Part shown: piece after piece, positions 54,650-64,000 of the stretch | Numbering within the stretch: the stretch's first letter is position 1 | Layout: every line of letters begins with the position of its first letter | NCBI RefSeq assembly: GCF_006345805.1 | Contig: NC_043014.1 | Location: 39,060,001-39,124,000 of the forward strand | Origin: Octopus sinensis | Taxonomy: Eukaryota | Direction of reading: 5' to 3' | Length of the DNA stretch: 64,000 nt | The notes under the pieces: generated by a model | The model's input: only the letters and a program-made list of their open reading frames with translations | Databases searched by the model: none | What the model was told of the DNA's origin: nothing | Program-made: the position numbers and the translations under genes

Positions 54650-55471
54650 TGTAATCTCTGAGTTCAAATTCCTCTGAGGTTGACTTTGCTTTTCATCCTT
54701 TCGGGGTCGATAAAATAAGTACCAATCGAGCACTGGGGTTCATGTGATTGACTTACCCCTTCCTACGAAATTTCTGGCCTTGTGCCAAAAAGTTGAAATT
54801 ATTATGTAATCTCAGGGTTTAAAACAAACATAATTCTGGGGGGTGGTTTTGACATTCACTAGTACAACACCAAAAAAAAAACACAAATATATGGCACACT
54901 AGGCATAACAACAACATGAACTTCCAACCTGTTGTCTATTGAGGTCTCTGGGTGAGACTTGGAGCCAACTTGTACAAATGTAAAGCAAAAGTCAAACAGA
55001 ATAATAATAATTTCAACTTTTTGGCACAAGGCCAGAAATTTCGTAGGAAGGGGTAAGTCAATCACATGAACCCCAGTGCTCGACTGGTACTTATTTTATC
55101 GATCCCGAAAGGATGAAAAGCAAAGTCGACCTCAGAGGAATTTGTACTCAGAATGTAATGACGGACGAAATGCTGTTAAGCTTTTTCCCCCGGTGTGCTA
55201 ACTATTCTGCCAGCTCGCCACCTAAATAACACTTTGTATTATAGAAATAAGGCCTGAAATTTGGAGGAGGGAGATAGCCGATTACATCGACCTCAGTACT
55301 CAACTGGTACTTTTAGACATTATATTATGTTAACTTATTTATTTATTTATTTACTAAACTGATAATTACAATAATATACATACATATAACATATTATGCT
55401 TTACATATAAGATGTATATATATATACATACATACACACATACATACATATATATATATATTATATATATA

Positions 55472-55504
<33 letters not shown>

Positions 55505-55668
55505 CAGGCGTAGGAGTGGCTGTGTGGTAAGTAGCTTTCTTACGAACCACATGGTTCCGGTTTCAGTCCCACTGCGTGTCACCTTGGGCAAGTGTCTTCT
55601 ACTATAGCCTCGGGCCGACCAAAGCCTTGTGAGTGGATTTGGTAGACGGAAACTGAAAGATGCCCGTC

Positions 55669-55733
<65 letters not shown>

Positions 55734-55940
55734 TGTGTGTCTGTGTTTGTCCCCCCAACATCGCTTGACAACCGATGCTGGTGTGTTTACGTCCCCGTAA
55801 CTTAGCGGTTCGGCCCAAAAAGATATCGATAAAATAAGTACCAGGCTTACAAAGAATAAGTCCTGGGGTCGATTTGATCGACTAAAGGCGGTGCTCCAGC
55901 ATGGCCACAGTCACATGACTGAAACAAGTAAAAGAGTAAA

Positions 55941-55981
<41 letters not shown>

Positions 55982-56017
55982 AAATTGGGGAATTAGGTTG
56001 TGCAACATACGCCGTAC

Positions 56018-56185
56018 CTTTCTCAAGATCATTACCAACATTAAATGGTGTCAAATGACTAACTATACAAACAGGAATCGAGAATGAATCGTACGTTGAA
56101 ATCATCAACAGCTTAACTCTTTCTCTAGGGCACATCCTTCCAGAAATAGCCGAAATACTGCTCATAGTAATAATACCTTTCCGTC
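56018..56185 (-). CDS. Candidate 168-nt phase 1-1 exon (RKGIITMSSISAISGRMCPRERVKLLMISTYDSFSIPVCIVSHLTPFNVGNDLEK)
   Basis: Acceptor gtctacttattttag|, donor AAG|GTACGG, length divisible by 3, unique sequence. Confidence 0.6.
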
Positions 56186-56601
56186 CTAAAATAAGTAGAC
56201 ATACATACATATACGCGTGTGCGTTTGCACGCTCACATTTCTCCGTACATTCATTTCCAGTTCTAATAAATCTCATACGGGGAGCTTAGGATTCAAGTGA
56301 AACAGGTCTACAGGTGTAGGAAGTGAATATTTCGTAAGACGATAATGGCTATAGTCGAATTATATATTATCAGCATGCTTGCAATGACTTTGATACTCGG
56401 TTAAGTAGGTATAGAATTTAGTTCACCGATAATACTTAATACACCCGCCACACACACCACAGACACACTCATGCACATACACATGAGAGCCAACGAGAGT
56501 ATCTCTGTGTGGTAACTCGATCTGCTGGAAATAACAGTCAAATCACAATCAAATCACACTTCACCATCTTGAATTTTTAAAAAATGTGGGGATCATTTGA
56601 C

Positions 56602-56861
56602 CAGTGAGTCTCAACTGGGGTCCATATGACCTTTGGAGGTCCATAGAAGATTTCATCGTTAAAATTTATGTGCAAGAAATTGTTTATACATCTGCAATAC
56701 ACAAAAGTATTTTAACAATTTTTTAAATACAATTCCTAATAATATTTAATTATAAAAATATAATAGGAATTTTTTTTTTACATTAAATGGTTATGAGCCC
56801 CCCCCCCCGAGTAAAATTGGGACCAAAGGGTCCATAGGGGGGGGATGGTTGAAAACCACTA
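56602..56861. mobile_element. hAT (Charlie-like) MITE
   Basis: CAGTGAGTCTCAAC ... GTTGAAAACCACTA termini. 8-bp TSD CATTTGAC / CATTAGAC. Confidence 0.75.
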
Positions 56862-57489
56862 CATTAGACAATACAAACCGTGATAAACGTTGACTGAAAA
56901 AGACATAATCCTAGCTTGAATACCTCTATATTTATCGTAATATCTTCCTGATAAGGGCTGAAGCGCTAATACAACTGTGCAGCACAGACGGAAAAGTAGA
57001 GAGAGTACAGCTTAGCCTATTCCAACGTAGCATCGCATATAATTAACTGGTGCATGTCACAATGTGCAGTATGGTCGTCACATAGACAGATTACGGTATT
57101 ATGCGGATCTGTGAATATGTGTGTGTGTGTGTGTGTGTTTGTGTGTCTGTGTTTGTCCCCCCAACATCGCTTGACAACTGATGCTGGTGTGTTTACGTCC
57201 ACGTAACTTAGCGGTTCGGCAAAAAGAGGCCGATAGAATAAGTACTAGGCTTACAAAGAATAAGTCCTGGGGTCGATTTGTTCGACTTAAGGCGGTGCTC
57301 CAGCATGGCCGCACTCAAATGACTGAAACAAGTAAAAGAGTATATTTCTAAATGTAAGATAGTTATTTCCATTTAGTAAACGCACTTGTATAACCACAAT
57401 TTTTTTTATAATTGAGCTCTGACGTTTCTGAGTGCAAATATATAAATTATGTTCGTTCGGCAATGACTAAGTTGTTTTAAGTCTCACAT

Positions 57490-57750
57490 TTATCATTGCT
57501 GCTCCTCGTTTCTAGGTGAAATATATCCTACAGCTACTTCTGATACGCCTTTAGCGACACCTTCAGTAATAACTTCAATATCAACGTACACTTCAAATAA
57601 ATCAGCAGTATCCTTCATACCACTATTTTCATTTCTAGGCTTCAATTCCTTTAATCTCGAGTCGACTGCAAAATATTTTAACCATTCTTCAACACATTTG
57701 GGATCAGGCAACGTCAATTTTGATCCTACTTTGGAACACCATTTGAAGTG
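57490..57750 (-). pseudogene. Possible Gypsy gag N-terminal remnant
   Basis: DPKCVEEWLKYFAVDSRLKELK..TADLF resembles recalled invertebrate Gypsy gag N-termini. Not verified. Confidence 0.35.
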
Positions 57751-57822
57751 AGGTAAATAATTCGTAAAGACAATAATTTATTTGGCTGTAGCAAATATAT
57801 AGTTTGACAAGGAACAGTCATA

Positions 57823-58020
57823 TATAGGGGTTGGACAAAATAATGGAAACCACCTTAAAATTTCAAACAAATTTATTTTAATATAGGGTAGGACTGCTTT
57901 GGCAGTAATTACAGCTTGAATTCTACTAGGTATGGACTCGTACAAAGTTTGAATTATTTCCAAAGGAATTTTTGTACATTTTTCAGCTAAAGCAGTCACC
58001 AGATCTTGTAGTGATGATGA
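57823..58020. mobile_element. Tc1-like element end
   Basis: TATAGGGGTTGGACAAAATAATGGAAAC TIR-like start, followed by an antisense transposase-like remnant (IIQTLYESIPSRIQAVITAK). Confidence 0.65.
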
Positions 58021-58065
58021 TAAACCCAAGTATAGATTGTTAGTTTCTACATAAGTTTCCCTATT

Positions 58066-58156
58066 GCAGTTATTTAGAACTCAGCATCAAATGTTCCAAG
58101 AACATTTGGATGCATGTTCGCAGGTGGAACATCCGATGTTGAGTTCAAATAACTGC
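58066..58156. other. 91-nt imperfect hairpin
   Basis: GCAGTTATTT(A)GAACTCAGCATCAAATGTTCCA / TGGAACATCCGATGTTGAGTTCAAATAACTGC. Confidence 0.75.
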
Positions 58157-58320
58157 TTTTGTGAAACGTACGCAGGAATTAACAATCTATTCTTGTGTTT
58201 ATCTTAATTTTCTACTATATATATATATAATAAATATTAGGGAATAAATCCAAACTTACAGGGAAAAATCAGATTTAGGATTGAATCCAATTTTATAGTA
58301 AAATATTATATTATATTAAA

Positions 58321-58837
58321 CTAGCAGTATCGCTCGGCGTTGCTCGGGTTTGTAAGGGAAATAACTATATAAGCATTTTTAGAGAGTTACTTCCTTTATA
58401 GATGCCAATTCGGGCTTTCTTAGCCATTTCTGTTTTGGTGTCTTCAAGCCATGAAGTCGTTGTTCTAAAAGAACGCTGGTCTCCTTGACAACGCATTACT
58501 ACGTTGAATTCCTTAAACTCCCTTCCCCACAGCTTCACGAGGGAGGGAAGAAGGGGGAGAAGCAAACACAGGTGCAGGTGTTTGAGCGTGGACGCCAACT
58601 CCGCCGCCATCGACACACGAAAAATTATGCATTAAAATGGAATAAAAAATGATGTTAAATTATTTTTAAAATCGTAGACTCATCGTAGACGCGCGCTAAT
58701 AGCCAGACGGGCTCGATATTAATCACGACTATAAGGTACCCGAATTTGGTTAAACTGCACCGCAAAATGTGGGAGGAGTTAGGAATCTAAATCGTAGGAG
58801 ACAGACACTCACACAACTACAGTTTTATATATAGAGA
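58321..58837 (-). mobile_element. Non-autonomous Helitron inserted at A|T without TSD
   Basis: Minus strand A|TCTCTATATATAAA...CCCGAGCAACGCCGAGCG..CTAG|T. The empty site TTATATTAAA^TTAGAGATAAAACC is seen inverted at 59075-59100. Confidence 0.85.
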
Positions 58838-58839
58838 TT

Positions 58840-59094
58840 AGAGATAAAACCACTATTAGGCAAATCATATAATGATTAAACCTCGCCAAGTTAAATATTT
58901 AAACCACCTGATGAATGACTGTAACTCGAAAATTTAAAGAAATTAACAGCCATGAAACGATCGTAGTGTTATATTAATTATATTTTTTTAATAATTTTGT
59001 TATATATTTAAATAATATAAATTAAATAATCTTATGTATTGGCTTAAGTTTTTCATTGTATGATTTGCCTAATAGTGGTTTTATCTCTAATTTA

Positions 59095-59100
<6 letters not shown>
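58840..59100 (+). mobile_element. Penelope-like end with inverted arms and type I hammerhead motif (58902-58970)
   Basis: CAC-CTGATGA-ATGACTGTAA..TTAACAGCCAT-GAAAC-GATC-GTA-GTG. The 37-bp arms at 58840-58876 and 59053-59089 are inverted. Confidence 0.65.
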
Positions 59101-59138
<38 letters not shown>

Positions 59139-59249
59139 CCGAGGGTTGAAGAATTAAATGCTTCGGCTTTAGAGTTTGATGGAGGCTTAGCCCTTTATGC
59201 ATACGGAACTATTGGTCACTCTATGACCAGACGTTATGATATATGTATG

Positions 59250-59283
<34 letters not shown>

Positions 59284-59319
59284 TGTATGTATGTATTATG
59301 TATGTATGTATTTGGTGAT

Positions 59320-59480
59320 ATATAAGACGCACCTTTTCCCGCCCTAAAATGCGAATCAATAAATAAATTACCCCGGGGTCTTTTATGAGGCATTGGATCT
59401 ATATTACATACTTCAATACATTAGAGACTTGTTTCCCTGAATATGCACTGCGGAAAAATTGTGGTGCGTCTTATACCATC
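59320..59480. mobile_element. Degenerate Tc2-like MITE
   Basis: TATAAGACGCACC ... GGTGCGTCTTATA. Confidence 0.5.
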
Positions 59481-59482
59481 AA

Positions 59483-59589
<107 letters not shown>

Positions 59590-59679
59590 GTTTTCATCAT
59601 GTCTATTGAATGTCCTTGCAAAAAGGATTAAGATCAAATGATGCAGATTTCTCAAAGGTTAATTTTATATATATATATA

Positions 59680-59753
<74 letters not shown>

Positions 59754-59934
59754 ATCTTCATTCTCTTCTAGATATAGAATTCAAGATGTGCAAAGAAAAA
59801 TGGGATTGTGCCAATATCGAAGTCTATAGATACATACATACATGGATACATACATACATACATACATACATACATACATACATACATGCATACATACATG
59901 CATACATACATGCATACATACATGCATACATACA

Positions 59935-59965
<31 letters not shown>

Positions 59966-60387
59966 GTACGTACGTACATGCATACATATTCGTGTTATTA
60001 TTGGGAAGATGTATGTTACGAATGCACTTGGATAGATAGGTTAGATACAGACAGACATAACTGAAGGAGAACAAAAATAAGCATCAATGTCGTATTTCTT
60101 AAAATATTTAACAGCATGACGGTAAGTTGACAGAAATTGTAGAGCCGCTGGAGAAACAGCTTTGAAGTATATAGTTTCATAAAAGCATTCAAGGTATTTA
60201 TTTACTTATCTGTTTATTTAACCATTTTAAGGAGGTAGTGTAATATTGAAAAGGTGATTAAAAGCGTGATTATGTTACCTCGATATTGTTTTCCCAATCT
60301 ACAACGGCAAAACGCAATAACGAGTTGCAGCAATATTAGATTAATGTTGGTTTTAGTATTTAAAGAAGACATTACGTTTGTGGCATT

Positions 60388-60817
60388 GGATCTTCTCGGT
60401 TTGAACGGCAGTTTTTAACATAATTTCTAGGTAACTAAAAAAATTTTAAACTTCGTATACTGGTAGAATGTGTTTATAAAACATCTTTTTCTCTTGGCTT
60501 TATTGAGAAAATTCTATAGTTTGTAAGATATAGTTTGTTGCTTTTCTTCTTCAATTTCTGCAATTTCAACCAATCACTGACGTCTATTGAGGTAAAAAAA
60601 AAACATTCTGTGCCGTATGAATGTGTCCCTCGTTTAAGAAACAGATTGGGTTTATTTACATTTGTGAATAAAAAAAAGATACCCTTCCCCCTAACCCTAA
60701 CTAACCTTAACCCTAAAATAGATTGAAAGGCAATAGATCGATACTAGGGTCATAATTATGGATGACAATTTCATATGACACCGCTAGAAAAAACTGCCGT
60801 TCAAACCGAAAAGGTCC
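60388..60817. mobile_element. Merlin-like MITE copy
   Basis: Perfect 8-bp TSD GTGGCATT. Confidence 0.9.
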
Positions 60818-62526
60818 GTGGCATTTCTGTGAAAGATCACAACTAAAATTAGCTAAAACAACCAAGAACTTCCTCTTTGATCACTTCAAGTATAAACGAT
60901 GCAAGGGGCAAGCTACTTTCAGACAGATCGTGTTAAAAGGTAGTTGCGTAACAAGAAGGGGTTGGGTGGGGAGGATGTGAGGAGAGTGGTCCACTCCGGG
61001 CGATGCTTCCATGGGATCGTCATTGATTTTGTAGAACAAACTGTTTCATCCGTTGGTTTACTGCCAGTCTAACTTGAGATTGTTTAGAATGCTGGTGTTG
61101 AGTGTTTGATTCTGTGAATATTTGCGAATGTTTAAAAGATAGATAACTCAGAGAAATGAATATTTCACCAACTAGAAATTGTAAGGACCTCGTAATAAGT
61201 AAACAAAATAAATAAATAAATAAATAACTATGCGAATTTAAAAAGTTTTTTGCCCTTCATATTTCCATAAATTCAAATTCAAATTCAAATTCTTGATCCC
61301 GCTTCATGATTATTTCCCTTGTAAGAGCTGTTATCTCTAATGAAACCTTGTGTAATGGATAAAATATGTTATGAAAAGAACAATGATAAAATTTGAATTA
61401 AAATGATAACGTTAGGATTTATCATTATAAACACATTATTTAAACTGTGATTGGAAGTAATAGTTTGAGCTAGCTAATATAATTAAAATTGGTAATTAGT
61501 CCTGGAATATGAATTAATGTTTTTAGTTGATGTTGTTTGTATATTGGGATGTTAAGCTCAACTAGTAAAGTTTTTTTTTTAGAGAACTGAATTGCCGGTA
61601 AAGTGTTCTTGAAAGAATTCGATATTTTTTTCAATGTTATCATTTAGGTGAAGGTGCGTAGCTTAGTGGTTAGGGATATTCAGTTTGCGATCGTAAGGCT
61701 GTGAGTTCGATTCCTGGCAGCGCATTGTGTTCTTGAACAAGACACTTTATTCCATGTTGCTCCAGTTCACTTAGCTGGCAAAAATGAGTTGTACCTGTAT
61801 TTCGGAGGGCCAACCTTGTCACATTCAGTGTCACGCTGAATCTCCCTGAAAACTACGTTAAGGGTACCCATGTCTGTGGAGTGCTCACCTACTTGCACGT
61901 TAATTTCACAAGCAGGCTGTTCCGTTGATCGGAACCCTCGTCAATGATTCAATTCGAACTAAATTCAAACATGTCTGTACTTACAGTCGACATTGACCGT
62001 TTAAAGACAATTTAGTTGTCAGGGTTAATGAGAAATGACTTTTGAAACATGAATTTTCTGCTGTTTTATATTACCTTGATAAAATATGTAATGTGTATTC
62101 GCCTAGCTGTCGCATGTAATGTGTTTACGCCTAGCTGTCGCTTATCTGTGTTTGAATTCTTGAAGATATAAATAAGCAAATACATAAATGGCGTGTGTAT
62201 AAATAGATCACTTTCTGATATTGCGAGTCTGTATGTGTGACACATATTTTTAGGATTAAATATTTTTAGAAATGTATATTTTTTCTGCTCAAGCGTGTAG
62301 ATACGATCAAATGAAATTTGTTTTCCTTTATGATAACATATAATCATTGGATTATTTTAATGAGGACATGGTGAGAGGGAGGACATGGTGGGATAGTTGC
62401 ATAACCAAGGACTATTTCCACTTCACAGTTGTTTGGTCTTCCTTGGGGGAAGATACTGCAAAGATTTTGCATTAACTTTTTGTTTTAAAGAAAATAGTTA
62501 AGAATTGGTATCGAAAAATTTAGTTT

Positions 62527-62946
62527 GGATTTTTTCAGTTTGAACGGCAGTTTTTTCTAGCAGTGTCATATGAAATTATCACCCATAATTATGACCCCTG
62601 TATCGATCTATTGCATTTCAATCTGTTTTAGGGTTAGGGTTAGGGGTGGGGGAAGGGTATCTTTTTTCTTCAGAAATGTAAATAAACCCAATCTGTTTCT
62701 TAAACGAGGGACATATTCATACGGCACAGAATGTTTTTTTTTTTACCTCAATAGACGTCAGTGATTGGTTGAAATTGCAGAAATTGAAGAAAAAAAACAA
62801 CAAATATCTTACAAACTATAAAATTTTCTCAATAAAGCCAAGAGAAAAAGATGCTTTATAAACACATTCTACCAGTATACGGAGTTAAAAGTGTTTAGTT
62901 ACGTGGAAATTATTTTAAAAAACTGCCATTCAAACCGAAAAGATCC
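62527..62946. mobile_element. Merlin-like MITE copy
   Basis: Perfect 8-bp TSD TTTAGTTT. Confidence 0.9.
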
Positions 62947-63204
62947 TTTAGTTTTCCTTCTGTTCTTCTGTCATAGAAATTACCATACAAAAGGAAAAGA
63001 AACTGATTGTAAATTTGTAATGTCAATTAGTAACTTAATGATGCATCGGACAAATGAGTTTGTTTTGTAATCTACTCAAACGTTGATCTACGAATTTGAT
63101 TACCAATTATATACAGTGATAGATTGCAACTCCTTATCTGCAAATATTTGCTGCAGGCCTAATAAATAATGGTTTCGAATTTCTGCATAGCGCTAGCAAT
63201 CTTA

Positions 63205-63537
63205 GGGTGCTCAACTGGTACTTATTTAATCGGCCCCGAAAGGATGAAAGGCAAAGTCGACCTCAGCCGAATTTGAACTCAGAACGTAGCGGCAGACGAA
63301 ATACCTATTTCTTTACTACCCACAAGGGGCTAAACACAGAGCGGACAAACAAGGACAGACAAACGGATTAAGTCGATTATATCGAACCCAGTGTATAACT
63401 GGTACTTAATTTATCGACCCCGAAAGGATGAAAGGCAAAGTCGACCTCGATGGAATTTGAACTCAGAACATAACGGCAGACGAAATAGTGCTAAGCATTT
63501 CGCCCGGCGTATTAACATTTCTGCCAGCTCACCACCT
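63205..63537 (-). mobile_element. SINE family A dimer
   Basis: The reverse complement shows the same AAAGAAATA|GGTATTTCGTC junction as 29.9k and 42.9k. Confidence 0.85.
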
Positions 63538-64000
63538 TTGGGTCTAACAAATAATGAATATACAAAAAAAGCCCAGTTTTCATGTTTTATTTGTTAGCTT
63601 TTTTTATTTTGATTTTGATTTTCGAATTATAGTTTCACGATTCATAGTAATGCAAAACTGGCCCTGACTGTGTCGGCAGATATTTAAAAGACATATTTCT
63701 GCAAACATTTGAAAGATATAAAGTGCCGGTAGATATTTAAAAGATATATTAGTATTAATGTGTTGGCAAAAAAGTTAAAAGATAAATGTGTTGGCAGGTG
63801 GCAACAGATATTTAAAGATAACGTATACGTCGGAAGTTTAATGGTGGGTTCTGTTTAATTTCATTTTAGTTTAATAATGAAACGTCTGTCAGAGACAGCT
63901 GAGAAAAGTTTAATGTGGATATGGGTAAAAAGGATTGATAGAACTGCAAAGGAATACAGCAAGCCACTAAACATACGAGGAAAGAAACAGTTTGAAGCTG

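Noticed and set aside
60818-61070. Possible retroelement coding remnant flanking the 60.4k MITE
   Set aside because: No recognisable motif appears in any frame after removing the MITE.

Overview
AT-rich, microsatellite-saturated animal genomic DNA. The repeat repertoire points to a coleoid cephalopod such as Octopus; this is an inference from recalled sequence and no search was run. Most of the window is repeats: tRNA-headed SINEs of several families, R4/Dong-type (RLE) LINE remnants beside (AAT)n, Penelope-type ends with type I hammerhead ribozyme motifs, non-autonomous Helitrons, dead mariner and Tc1-like transposons, Tc2-, hAT- and Merlin-like MITEs, and a solo LTR. One clear coding exon encodes a J-domain (DnaJ) protein (27886-28550, +). 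Two minus-strand genes are only tentatively modelled by eye: exons near 1-10160, and an orphan membrane-anchored protein at 40775-56185. Most other ORFs in the track are microsatellite or repeat artefacts. The most notable observations are a TSD-flanked composite element with a tRNA-like Pol III head between two inverted hammerhead arms (37618-38397) and SINE concatemers sharing one palindromic junction.
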